Shown here: piece by piece, positions 19,507 to 29,556 of the stretch
Position numbering within the stretch: the first letter of the stretch is position 1
How the letters are laid out: every line of letters begins with the position of its first letter
Made by a program: the position numbers and the translations under genes
The notes under the pieces: model-generated
Database searches by the model: none
What the model saw: only the letters and a program-made list of their open reading frames with translations
What the model was told of the DNA's origin: nothing
Source of the DNA: an uncultured bacterium
Lineage (GTDB): Bacteria > Poribacteria > WGA-4E > JAJDTR01
Reading direction: 5' to 3'
DNA: 64,000 nucleotides
Assembly (NCBI GenBank): GCA_964478165.1
Contig: CAYZGU010000004.1
Coordinates: forward strand, 39,351 to 103,350

Positions 19507-20409
19507 ATGCGAATTACGCATTCCTGGACCGATCATGATGCGCTAATATCGGTAGAAGGGCTGAGTAGATCGATACGGATTTTACATGTGGCTGATACAC
19601 ACATGGGACTGATCGATAACCGCGATCCTGAACATGTTGCTACCTTACGTGGCTTCGCGGATCGTTTTCTAGACCGACACGAAAACCGGGACGCGGAGGG
19701 TAATCCAATTCCTCCAGAGGAGGCTTTCTCGCATATGATGGTTGCCGCCCGAACGCAGGAGTTAGATTTAATTGGCTTGACTGGCGACATTGTTGATTTT
19801 CCATCTGTAGCGAATGTAGATGCAGTTTTGACAGGTATCGAGGATTCTGGTGTGCCTACGCTTTATACAGCGGGTAATCATGACTGGCTTTTCCCAGCGG
19901 CTTCCGAGAATGCTAATCAAACGGAGTTGCGAGCCGCAGGTTGGGTGATGTTGCAACGTCTTTACAAGGGTGAACCTGCCTACGAAATGCGAGACATCGA
20001 TGGAGTCAGAATCTTGGCCATTGACGATTCAACCTATCAGATGGATGAGGCGCAGCTGGAATTCACGCGGAAGGCGCTGGCGGATGGGTTACCCACTGTC
20101 ATCCTAATGCACATTCCTTTGAGTATTCCAACCTTGCGCGCTCCTACAGTCGAATATAAAGGGTCTCCAATCTTGGTCGGAGATCCGGATTGGGACTTGG
20201 CCCATCGTGCACGGGTTGGTTTGAAGGAAGATACGTCAACAACCCTGGAGTTCGTGCGGCTTGTTGCCGGTGCGGAGAATTTGGTGGCAATTCTCTCTGG
20301 ACATCTACACTTTGCGCATACCGATTCCCTTAGCCCAAATGCCGTTCAGTACCTGGCACCACCTGGTTATGCGGGCGAATCACGATTGGTCGAGTTGCGT
20401 CCACTGTAA
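19507..20409 (+). CDS. calcineurin-like metallophosphoesterase (paralog of 7702)
   Basis: DTH, GDIVD, GNHD, HIP, GHLH; AAGGAG RBS. Confidence 0.9.
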   Translation: MRITHSWTDHDALISVEGLSRSIRILHVADTHMGLIDNRDPEHVATLRGFADRFLDRHENRDAEGNPIPPEEAFSHMMVAARTQELDLIGLTGDIVDFPSVANVDAVLTGIEDSGVPTLYTAGNHDWLFPAASENANQTELRAAGWVMLQRLYKGEPAYEMRDIDGVRILAIDDSTYQMDEAQLEFTRKALADGLPTVILMHIPLSIPTLRAPTVEYKGSPILVGDPDWDLAHRARVGLKEDTSTTLEFVRLVAGAENLVAILSGHLHFAHTDSLSPNAVQYLAPPGYAGESRLVELRPL

Positions 20410-20499
20410 CAGCAGTACTCGTATATTTTCGAGGGATATTAGAGTACAGACTAAGATCTGCGTGTTCCAATGTTTTTCGTCCGATAGAAAGGGATTCAA

Positions 20500-21261
20500 A
20501 TGAATTGGAAAGATGATTCAGAGCAACTCAAATCTGACTTTGTCCGGGATGGGTTCGTAGTCCTGAGGGGATTTTACTCTTCTGCTGAGGTTGAGGCGTT
20601 GAACGGGTATATCGACCAGTACATCTCAGAGGCGATTCCCAAACTGCCTTCCAGCGCCGCATTTTACGAGCTCGAAGGTCAATCCGAAACTATCATGAGA
20701 TTGCAGAATCTGGAGGAGCACGATAGCTATTTTGCACAACTCAATGCCAGTGAGCGGTTTGCTGGATTGGCGGAATGCCTGCTGGCCGATGGGATAGTGA
20801 GAAAGAATATGCAGTGGTTTACCAAACCTGCACGAAGTGCGGCGGAGACGCCACCGCATCAGGATGGATTTTACTTCAATCTCGAACCGGCTGAGGCGAT
20901 TACCCTCTGGTTAGCTCTAGATACAATCAATGCTGAAAATGGGTGCATAAGGTATGTGCGCGGATCGCATCGTCGGGGAATGCGATCTCACCAGGCGTCA
21001 GGCGTGTTCGGATTTTCACAAGGGATGTCCGATTATGGCGAGGCGGATGCTCAGTTGGAGGTGCCAATTCATGGAGAACCGGGGGATCTAATCGCACATC
21101 ATTGTATGATGATTCACCGGGCAGAAGCAAATTTGACCAATCAACCGCGCCGTGCTCTTGGGTTTGTTTACTTTGCCCAGCGCGCAAAGGTAAACAAAGA
21201 AAGTCTAGGGGTATATAAGAAACAGCTGAACGAGCAAAGGGCGAAGGCTGACACAACTTGA
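20500..21261 (+). CDS. phytanoyl-CoA dioxygenase (PhyH) family Fe(II)/2OG oxygenase
   Basis: DGFVVL, KP, HQD, WLALD..ENGCI..VRGSH, GD..HH..H..N..R. Confidence 0.92.
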   Translation: MNWKDDSEQLKSDFVRDGFVVLRGFYSSAEVEALNGYIDQYISEAIPKLPSSAAFYELEGQSETIMRLQNLEEHDSYFAQLNASERFAGLAECLLADGIVRKNMQWFTKPARSAAETPPHQDGFYFNLEPAEAITLWLALDTINAENGCIRYVRGSHRRGMRSHQASGVFGFSQGMSDYGEADAQLEVPIHGEPGDLIAHHCMMIHRAEANLTNQPRRALGFVYFAQRAKVNKESLGVYKKQLNEQRAKADTT

Positions 21262-21291
21262 GCTGAGGAAGTTTTGTTGGGAAGGTATATC

Positions 21292-22416
21292 ATGACTGAT
21301 TCACGGAAACGAAAATACCGCGTGGCCATCATTGGTTGTGGACGTAAAGGAACCCAGCACGCAAGAGCGTACCAGCTCACACCTATGACAGAAGTGGTGG
21401 CGGCCGCTGACACCGATCCAGATAATCTACAATTGTTTTGTAAGAGGTTTAAGGTTCCGGGCTATAGCAACTATCGTGAGATGCTGGTGAAAGAACGTAT
21501 TGACATCGCAGCGCCTATTCTACCGGTGAAACCAAATCCCGAGGTGGTCATCGGTTGTGCGGAATCTGGGGTAAGGGGAATTCTCTGCGAAAAACCGATT
21601 GCAGCGAGTTTGGCTGATGCCGACCACATGGTCGACGTGTGTCGATCTCTAGGTGTGAAATTCGCTTCTGGCGACCTTGATCGTAACCTACCGGACTACT
21701 GGAAAGCACGTGAAATTATCGATTCGGGCGAGCTTGGAGCGGTTCGGAGTATTAACTTATTGTCCGGATCGGGTATGGAGTGGGATATCCAGGGATTGAG
21801 TCTTACGCGTCTCTTTGCTGGAGATGCTAATGTGGCATGGGTCACGGGTTGGATGGATGGCGATGCGTTCAGTGATGACGACCAGGGCGAAGCAGGGTAC
21901 ATTCGTTTTACCAACGGCGTCGAGGCTTTTCGGCGTCGCAGAAAGAACGCCAAAATGGGGATTGAGGTGGCATGCACCCACGGCGTGTTTTATACCAGCT
22001 ACTCCCATCTTAGCATGTGGAAAGCAAAATCGGGGGTCGACCGACCAAACTGGGGTTCGCTTGAGAAAGTGCGGGGAGTCTTTAAGAAAACGTCTCAGTA
22101 TGAAGGCAGCGGTTCCTATGATGCCGACGGTTGGCGTTGGGCGGGAAATCGCAACTTGGCGAGTGTGCAATCTATTATCGATGCAATTGAGAACGATGTG
22201 GAACCAACTGGTAGCGGTGACAATGGACGGAAGTGTTTGGAGATTGCAATCGCGTTCCGCGAATCACATCGTCGTAACCATCATCCCGTTAGGCTGCCAC
22301 TCAAGGACCGTAGTCTGAAGATTATCCCGCCGATGGGGCGTTGGTTGAATAAGAAAGAGACAATGAGCGCTGAAGCGTATGCTACATCGATTGGGAATTG
22401 GAAGAAGGGTGAATAA
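21292..22416 (+). CDS. Gfo/Idh/MocA family oxidoreductase (GxGRKGT subfamily)
   Basis: IGCGRKGTQHA, CEKP, LEIAIAFRES; close paralog of 16325. Confidence 0.9.
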   Translation: MTDSRKRKYRVAIIGCGRKGTQHARAYQLTPMTEVVAAADTDPDNLQLFCKRFKVPGYSNYREMLVKERIDIAAPILPVKPNPEVVIGCAESGVRGILCEKPIAASLADADHMVDVCRSLGVKFASGDLDRNLPDYWKAREIIDSGELGAVRSINLLSGSGMEWDIQGLSLTRLFAGDANVAWVTGWMDGDAFSDDDQGEAGYIRFTNGVEAFRRRRKNAKMGIEVACTHGVFYTSYSHLSMWKAKSGVDRPNWGSLEKVRGVFKKTSQYEGSGSYDADGWRWAGNRNLASVQSIIDAIENDVEPTGSGDNGRKCLEIAIAFRESHRRNHHPVRLPLKDRSLKIIPPMGRWLNKKETMSAEAYATSIGNWKKGE

Positions 22417-22433
22417 TTACATGAAAGAAAACA

Positions 22434-23570
22434 ATGCTACAGTCAAATGAAGCGAAATACCGCGTCGCAGCAATAGGTTGTGGCAGAAAAGGTACTGAAC
22501 ATGCGAGAGCCTACTATCTTAATCCACTTACAGAGGTTGTTGCGGCGGCGGATACTGATTCTGAAAACCTTGATCTTTTCTGCAGGCGTTTTAACGTGCC
22601 CGGTTATTCTGATCACAATGAGATGTTGTGTGTTGAGGAAGTGGATATCGTTTCCACAATCTTGCCGGTAAGTAGTAATCCCCAGGTGGTGATTGATTGT
22701 GCGCGTTCGGGAGCGGTAAGGGCGATATGCTGTGAGAAACCCATGGCAGCGTCGCTACAAGATGCTGACCGGATGTTCGAAGAATGTCAGGCGCGGGGGA
22801 TTAAACTGGGTTGTGGAGATTTGGAACGGAATCACCCCGACTATTGGAAGGCGCATCGAATAATAGAATCTGGCGAACTCGGAAAAGTACGCAGCATCAG
22901 CTTTACCCAGGGGAGTGGAAGTCAGATGTCGGGCGGCGGCTGTCAGGTCTTCAGCCTGATACGGTTGTTTGCGGGAGACACGGAGGGAGCCTGGGTTCTC
23001 GGTTGGGTGGACGACGATGCAAGTAGTGATTATGACCAAGGTGGTGCGGGCTACATTCGTTTCGTGAATGGTATTGAGGCGTTCGTTCACCGCGGGAGCA
23101 CGGCGAAATTTGGGTTCGAGGTGTTATGCGAGCGGGGGTTGTTTCATAGCGATGGCCGATACCTTCACATGTGGAAATCGGAAGGCGGGATGGAGCAGTC
23201 CGCTTGGACTGATTTAAAAAAGATGGAGGGTGTGTTTTCCGAAACGGAGATTCTACATCAGGGTTTCGGTACTATCGATGATGAGGGTTGGGAACGTGGC
23301 GGAGCTCGGCAGCACGCGACCATCCAATCGATGGTTAACGCGCTCGAAATGGATGTTGAGCCAAGCGGCAATGGAGACAACGGTCGTAAAGTGTTAGAGA
23401 TGGCTATTGCCATTCGAGAATCACATTACCGCGGGCATATTCCGGTCAAACTGCCACTCGAAGATCGGAGTTTGAGAATGATCCCTGTTCCGGGGCGATG
23501 GTTAAATAAGAAAGAAGTCTATGGTAGAGAATGGTACACTAAACAGTTGGACCGATTTACACGGAGTTAG
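22434..23570 (+). CDS. Gfo/Idh/MocA family oxidoreductase (GxGRKGT subfamily)
   Basis: IGCGRKGTEHA, CEKP, GSGSQMSGGGCQ, RWLNKKEVYG. Confidence 0.9.
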   Translation: MLQSNEAKYRVAAIGCGRKGTEHARAYYLNPLTEVVAAADTDSENLDLFCRRFNVPGYSDHNEMLCVEEVDIVSTILPVSSNPQVVIDCARSGAVRAICCEKPMAASLQDADRMFEECQARGIKLGCGDLERNHPDYWKAHRIIESGELGKVRSISFTQGSGSQMSGGGCQVFSLIRLFAGDTEGAWVLGWVDDDASSDYDQGGAGYIRFVNGIEAFVHRGSTAKFGFEVLCERGLFHSDGRYLHMWKSEGGMEQSAWTDLKKMEGVFSETEILHQGFGTIDDEGWERGGARQHATIQSMVNALEMDVEPSGNGDNGRKVLEMAIAIRESHYRGHIPVKLPLEDRSLRMIPVPGRWLNKKEVYGREWYTKQLDRFTRS

Positions 23571-23574
23571 GCAC

Positions 23575-24696
23575 ATGGGTGAGAAAGAAATCGCGAAATA
23601 TCGCGTAGGACTGATTGGTTGTGGTAGAAAGGGGACTGGGCACGCAACAGGCTATGAGGCCCATCCCTTAACACAAGTTGTTGCTGCTGCGGATACGGAT
23701 GTAGAGAATCTAGAGCTCTTTTGTCAACGATTTGGCGTTCCCGGCTATGAAGATTACGGGGAAATGCTTGAGAAAGAGAGAATCGACATTGCGGCTCCAA
23801 TCTTGCCAACTAGCTTCAATCCAGAAGTTGTCCTTGGGTGTGCGAGCGCGGGTGTCAAGGCTATCTTCTGCGAGAAGCCGATGTCCGCCAGCCTGGAAGA
23901 TGCAGATCAAATGGTCGAGGCGTGCCGTTCTCGTGGGATAAAGTTCGCGGCTGGCGATGCGTTTCGAAATCTTGCCCAATATTGGGACGCACGGGGACTG
24001 ATTGAAGCGGGTGAGATCGGTGAAGTTTTGAGCATCAATCTATATGATGCGACTACCACAATTTGGGGTGCAGGTTGTCAGGGTTTAGCTTTGATGAGCA
24101 TGTTCGCATGGGATGGGGATGTTGAGCAGGTGATTGGACATGTCGCAGACCCATTTAGTGACGACGATCAAGACATGGGTGGATACATCCGCTTCAGTAA
24201 CGGAATTGAATGTCTTGTTCACTCGAAACCGGCTGCAAGACGTGGGATTGAGGTTGTGGGGAGTCATGGTATTTTCGCCAGTGACTACAAGACTTTTCAC
24301 CTTTCGAAACTGGATGAAAGTGCGAATCCGCGCGCTGCAGAGCTATCACAACTACATGAAATTGACGGACGGTTTCCAGAGATTACATATGGATTCACTT
24401 ACGATAACGACGGGAGGCGACTTCCCGGGCATCGTCAAATGGCAAGTATACAGTCTATTGTTGATTCTCTTGAAGACGATATTGAACCGCGATGTAGTGG
24501 TGCGAGTATGCTCAGGGTGTTGGAAATCGCGATTGCGCTTCGTGAGTCTCACCGATGTGGGCACGCTCCCGTGAAGCTACCGCTTGAAGATCGGAGTCTG
24601 AAAATCATTCCCGTTCCCGCGCGATGGTTAAACAAGAAAGAGGTTTACGGAGCAGAATGGTATGCAGAACAGATAGGAAAATTCACAAAGTCATAA
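23575..24696 (+). CDS. Gfo/Idh/MocA family oxidoreductase (GxGRKGT subfamily)
   Basis: ATG23575 after GGAG; IGCGRKGTGHA, CEKP, RWLNKKEVYG. Confidence 0.9.
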   Translation: MGEKEIAKYRVGLIGCGRKGTGHATGYEAHPLTQVVAAADTDVENLELFCQRFGVPGYEDYGEMLEKERIDIAAPILPTSFNPEVVLGCASAGVKAIFCEKPMSASLEDADQMVEACRSRGIKFAAGDAFRNLAQYWDARGLIEAGEIGEVLSINLYDATTTIWGAGCQGLALMSMFAWDGDVEQVIGHVADPFSDDDQDMGGYIRFSNGIECLVHSKPAARRGIEVVGSHGIFASDYKTFHLSKLDESANPRAAELSQLHEIDGRFPEITYGFTYDNDGRRLPGHRQMASIQSIVDSLEDDIEPRCSGASMLRVLEIAIALRESHRCGHAPVKLPLEDRSLKIIPVPARWLNKKEVYGAEWYAEQIGKFTKS

Positions 24697-25412
24697 GTTA
24701 GGCGCATGGAATGAGGAGTGGGTCTTGGGTGCAAATATCGGGTGCAGTTGGATTTATGGGGGCATAGACTGTTTTCTCCGCCTATGGGATTGTCAAGATA
24801 GGTATTAAGGTTCCGGTGGTAGAGCATCGGTAGATTGGTGCTGAGGTTTCCCGTCCGATAGTCCAGCTCTTTTTGTTCTTTCACGTTGCAGAGCAACATC
24901 TCAAGTCCAGACTCCGATTGTGGTCCGCCCACCAAGATGTTTTTCGCCTTCGTGACGGAACTGGGGCATGAAGCGGTTATTGATCTGGTACAGGCACCGT
25001 TTGGTGTGCTGCCGGTCGCCTTAAGTGACGAAGAAGCGTCACTGGGGTTTGCGAGGTTTCACCACTGGGAGCGTGCGTTCGGTTTGGAGGAGATGACGTT
25101 GTTGGTCCACCATATTGGTTGATGTTCTTTTGGCCACCTTCTGTAGAACCTTCTTTTCCCATGATGAGGTGTACATCAATGAGACTCACTTAGGATTGGA
25201 ACTGGCAAGTGAGGCAATGCTCCGAGAAATCCATATGCTCCAGGCGGCGCGCTGGGACCGGTCGCCAAAATCATTAAGGACTTACTAGATACGGGCACTG
25301 GGCTCGATCGGTGGAGTTTCTCTCACCATCTCGATTTGTCTCTTGGTGATTATCACGGTTTATGATGTATTTTAATTGGAGTTCGTATAACTCTATACGT
25401 AAGGAAGGTTCA

Positions 25413-27020
25413 ATGGGACAAATTTCAGAACACCCTGTCGCGGCCGAAAGGAGGAGTGCCCCGCCCGCATATAGGATTATCTTTAATTGGGACGGCGCAC
25501 CACTCAATTACTCCAAACATCCACAGTCGCAAGCGCAGTTCTTGGAAAAAACTTATGCACCTATAAAGAATACGCAGGTGGGCGCACTTTTTTGGTGCAT
25601 AGGAGTTCACGAGGCCGAATGGCCTTCAGAGATGATCGAGATGGCGGGCGATTCAGTCAATCGCGTTTATGATTCCGTGCGCGGCATGTACCATGCGGAG
25701 AACATCCGTGCTATGTTTGAGAGAGATGAAGACCCTTACGCGGCGATGATACGCCGAGGTCATGAAATGGGGGTTGATGTGTTCAACTCCATTCGGATGA
25801 ACGATAACCATTTTCGGGGTATTCTACCCGAAGACATGGAGAAAACCGTGAAGAGCGGTCTAACACAATTTCGAAAGGATCATCCGGAATGGTGTTTAGG
25901 CCCAGATCAAGTTCCCGAGCAGCGGGCGATTGGCTCATGGAACTTCGCGATTCCGGAGGTCAGAGAACATCGACTTAAGCATATTTCCGAGGCTTGTCAT
26001 ACAGCAGACTGGGATGGAGTAGAGTTGGATTGGCAGAGACACGCCTTTCATCTTCCGGAAAATGATGGATACCGTCTTCGGTACACACTTACCGATCTCC
26101 AGCGGGCTGTGCGGCAGATGACAGACCAGATCTCGCAGGAGCGGGGCAGGCCTTTCTATGTGGCTGTTCGAGTGGCGACAACAATGGAGGCATGCCGTCG
26201 CATCGGGTATGATGTTGAGACGTGGATGAGGGAAAAACTTTGTGACATTGTTATCCTCGCCGGTAACTCTGGTACTGATCCGAGTGCTGAAATCGAGCGA
26301 TTCAAAGCTCTCGCGAAAGGCACCGGAGTCCAGGTTTACGGAGGACTCGATTCCCTCGGTAGGCAGAGTGCGCAGCGCCTCATCCCCCAGAACGAGTGGG
26401 AGGACGCCTGGGTTCGTGCAATTGCTAGTGATTATTGGAATCGAGGCGCGCATGGGATCTATGTTTTTAACTGGCATGCGAATGAAAGAACAAAGCGAAG
26501 TCAATTAACTACAATCGGATCGCCCGATACGCTGAAGCAGACAGACAAAGTTTGCGCTGCTGTTCATCGGGGCGCACCGGCGACAGAGGTGCCGGGGCAA
26601 GGGGCTGTAAACGACCGCATCTACGGTGAGACCGCAGTAAATCTTTACCCGGGGCTGACAGACGAGGGGCCGACGTTCCATATCTCTGTTTCCGACAACG
26701 TCGTCGAAGAGGCAGAAACCGGAAAATTGGCGAGCATAGAATTACAGATTGAACTTCGGCACTTTTCAACGGAGGACGAAGTCGCGGTGACGTTGGACGA
26801 TAAACCACTCGGTGTTCCGAGTATTCGGAATGTCGCAGCTGAAGATGCGAGTAATCCTGCCGATGTCGACGAAAATAGTTGGCTCGTGTGGCCATTGCAA
26901 CCGGAGGAGGTTCACCGAGGCAGGCACCGCATCCAGGTCTGTTTGGTAAAACGCGACTCTCGGCTCGGATGTCCGCTCATCGTGGTGCACGTCGAGATGT
27001 GCATCAGATATCATTCCTAA
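25413..27020 (+). CDS. GHL10-like (family 10 glycosylhydrolase-like) TIM-barrel protein, NWDG subfamily
   Basis: NWDG, SIRMND, HPEW, WNFAIPEVR, DGVELDWQRH, GIYVFNW; C-terminal beta domain; AAGGAAGG RBS. Confidence 0.7.
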   Translation: MGQISEHPVAAERRSAPPAYRIIFNWDGAPLNYSKHPQSQAQFLEKTYAPIKNTQVGALFWCIGVHEAEWPSEMIEMAGDSVNRVYDSVRGMYHAENIRAMFERDEDPYAAMIRRGHEMGVDVFNSIRMNDNHFRGILPEDMEKTVKSGLTQFRKDHPEWCLGPDQVPEQRAIGSWNFAIPEVREHRLKHISEACHTADWDGVELDWQRHAFHLPENDGYRLRYTLTDLQRAVRQMTDQISQERGRPFYVAVRVATTMEACRRIGYDVETWMREKLCDIVILAGNSGTDPSAEIERFKALAKGTGVQVYGGLDSLGRQSAQRLIPQNEWEDAWVRAIASDYWNRGAHGIYVFNWHANERTKRSQLTTIGSPDTLKQTDKVCAAVHRGAPATEVPGQGAVNDRIYGETAVNLYPGLTDEGPTFHISVSDNVVEEAETGKLASIELQIELRHFSTEDEVAVTLDDKPLGVPSIRNVAAEDASNPADVDENSWLVWPLQPEEVHRGRHRIQVCLVKRDSRLGCPLIVVHVEMCIRYHS

Positions 27021-27045
27021 CACTCATCTGCCAAGGAGTTTTTCT

Positions 27046-27918
27046 ATGTCAAATACGCTTGATAATCCCTATTACGATCTCAGTGGCGGTTCATGGTTGC
27101 GCGGTAACCTGCATGCACATGCATTGCCGCACGACAGGCCTTACGATTTAATTAGCCACTATGCACGACTTGGATACGGATTTCTTGGGATTACGGAGCA
27201 CGATCAATTCTATAGCCTTGATGATATTAGTGAATGGGACCATCAAGGCATAATCCTCATCCCAGGTAATGAAGTTTCCAAGGATGGACCGCATATCTTG
27301 CATGTAGGGGCCGATTACCAGATTGAACCGGACATCGATAGACAGAAAGTTATTGATGAAATTAATGATGGTGATGGCCTAGCTATTGTTAATCACCCCA
27401 ATACGGGTGCGAATTTTGATAAGTGCCCACTTGAGTTAATGCAGGCGCTGAAAAATTATGCTGGACTCGAAATTTTCAATGCGAACGGATTACGGTCACA
27501 AGGAAGCGCTTATGCCACCAACAAATGGGACATCTTGCTCAGCCAAGGACGCCGGCTCTGGGGAGTTGCCAGCGATGACTACCATCGACCGCAAGATGCC
27601 GGACAAGGTTGGCTGATGGCATATGTGAAGGTGCGATCCCGCGTTGGAGTCATTGACGCGCTGCGCCACGGTAGGTTCTACGCTTCAACTGGGGTGACGA
27701 TAAATGACATCACCGTCGAAGGTTCGCGTGTCCGTATCGAAACCCACGATGCCCATCGAATTCTTGCAGTTTGTGATGGCAGCCGAGGTTTTGCCTTGGT
27801 TGACAGTCATGTGCTTGATGTGCACGTGCCCGATGATGCAACATACATTCGTTTTGAGTGTTGGGGCAGTGGAGATTGCTTTGCGTGGACACAACCGTTT
27901 TGGGTTATCGATGAATAA
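27046..27918 (+). CDS. PHP-domain (CehA/McbA-like) metallohydrolase
   Basis: RGNLHAH, ITEHD, GNE, NHP, LEIFN, SDDYH, ALRHGRFYAS, AWTQP. Confidence 0.85.
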   Translation: MSNTLDNPYYDLSGGSWLRGNLHAHALPHDRPYDLISHYARLGYGFLGITEHDQFYSLDDISEWDHQGIILIPGNEVSKDGPHILHVGADYQIEPDIDRQKVIDEINDGDGLAIVNHPNTGANFDKCPLELMQALKNYAGLEIFNANGLRSQGSAYATNKWDILLSQGRRLWGVASDDYHRPQDAGQGWLMAYVKVRSRVGVIDALRHGRFYASTGVTINDITVEGSRVRIETHDAHRILAVCDGSRGFALVDSHVLDVHVPDDATYIRFECWGSGDCFAWTQPFWVIDE

Positions 27919-27949
27919 ACAATTTTTGTGGGTGTAGGGAGGGCGACTA

Positions 27950-29479
27950 ATGGACAGGCCACGGTTAATCTATTATAATGATAGTCATCATTTTCACGGC
28001 AAACGAATTGATCCGCCGTTGAGCCTTCACAAGATGTATTGGCCTGTCGATGAGCTGCTCGGCACAGGTGTTGATCTATTGTCGTTTGGATTGGGATTCG
28101 GTGATGTGTATTTCCATAATAGCAAGATTGGACGAGTAATTGGTCAGGAGCAGGAGGTCTGGGAGGGATTTATCAATTGGCGAATCATGCGCATGGTGGA
28201 GGATGCCGAAGCTATGGGAACGGACCAGGTGGGCGAAGTTATCAAGCGTGGCAGAGAAACAGGTCTTGCCGTGTTTCCTAGCTTGCGCCTGCAGGATGTT
28301 GCGCTTCCCAGAGGCGAACGGTGCGGATGGCTGAGATGGAAGTATGGTGAAGATGTCTGTCTTCGCCAGAAAGACGTACGTTTTCCCAAACATGCGACCG
28401 AGTGGGCTTATGATTTTACACACGAGTTGGTTTTGGGAGAAAAGCTTGACATGGTTCGTGAGATGTTGGTCGATTATGGATCAGATGGGATAGAGCTGGA
28501 TTTCATGTTCTTTCCACTCTATTTTAGACAAGATGAGACAGAGGCTGGCATCCATGTGATGAACAAATTTGTTGGTCAAGTCAGGAAGATGGCAAACGAC
28601 ATCGGCCAGGAACAAGGGCGCAACATTCCTATCATGGCGCGTGTTTGGCATCGGAAGGAAGAAAACTTGAAGATTGGTTTGGACGTGGAGAGTTGGCTGA
28701 GGGAAGGCGATGTCGATTTTGTGGTAGGTCAGACGTCAGCACAGCTGCTGGACACGGGCGTGCTGGAGGCGCGTTGGTTGTCTGACGCAGCGAACGCTGC
28801 TGGGGCAGCAGCATACTTTCGGGCGCCTAGGAAGATTAACGATCCGCGAGCCGCTATTGCCAACATCGAGATGTACCGTGCTCTGGGGCAAACGCTACAG
28901 TGGTTGGGATTTGCTGGAATGTACTTGGGCTATCTCCCATGGCCTCTTAGCGACGCAGAGTATGCGATTTTGCGAGAAATGGCATACCCTGGTGTGTTTG
29001 TGCGACATGACAAACGTTATTTCCTGCCACCACATGAGGAGGGGCCGGAATATGCGGCTTCAGATGATCGTCAATTACCTTTGACTCTGAAGGAAGGGAA
29101 GACCGCTTTGCTCAGGATTATTGTTGCCGATAATCTTGATAGCGCGAAGAAGGATGGTGAAATGCGCACACCTATTCTCACTATCTCCTTCCAATTCTTC
29201 TGTGTAGAAGACGACGTTGAGATTCGACTTAACGATACGGTGCTTTCAATTCTTCACGCAGACATTACCGAACCGCAACGAGGGATATATTGGTTTCGGT
29301 ATGGACTCGGTGTGGATGTACTGAGGTGTGGTGAGAATATACTAGAAATAGAGCTTAAAGAGCTGACGGGCACGGCGGGTTTTGCCCGGATTGTGACCGG
29401 TGTGGAAATTCAGACACGCTATAAGGATTTCCTCCGTCCGGAAGGATTCAGCACGGAGCGAGTCGTTCCAACTTCATAG
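27950..29479 (+). CDS. GHL10-like TIM-barrel protein, YYNDxHH subfamily
   Basis: LIYYNDSHH, FPSLRL, YDF, DGIELDFMF; paralog of 53398. Confidence 0.65.
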   Translation: MDRPRLIYYNDSHHFHGKRIDPPLSLHKMYWPVDELLGTGVDLLSFGLGFGDVYFHNSKIGRVIGQEQEVWEGFINWRIMRMVEDAEAMGTDQVGEVIKRGRETGLAVFPSLRLQDVALPRGERCGWLRWKYGEDVCLRQKDVRFPKHATEWAYDFTHELVLGEKLDMVREMLVDYGSDGIELDFMFFPLYFRQDETEAGIHVMNKFVGQVRKMANDIGQEQGRNIPIMARVWHRKEENLKIGLDVESWLREGDVDFVVGQTSAQLLDTGVLEARWLSDAANAAGAAAYFRAPRKINDPRAAIANIEMYRALGQTLQWLGFAGMYLGYLPWPLSDAEYAILREMAYPGVFVRHDKRYFLPPHEEGPEYAASDDRQLPLTLKEGKTALLRIIVADNLDSAKKDGEMRTPILTISFQFFCVEDDVEIRLNDTVLSILHADITEPQRGIYWFRYGLGVDVLRCGENILEIELKELTGTAGFARIVTGVEIQTRYKDFLRPEGFSTERVVPTS

Positions 29480-29556
29480 ATAAGTAAGGGTATGTCACCT
29501 GTGTTACCATTGCGCATTAGAGGCTCAGAAAAACGAGCATTCAGGAAAGCACATCC

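Noticed and set aside
24697-24703. GTTAGGC after a stop (and GTTAGAA at 31681), resembling an integron attC core
   Set aside because: No matching RYYYAAC inverse core or attC palindrome, and no integrase
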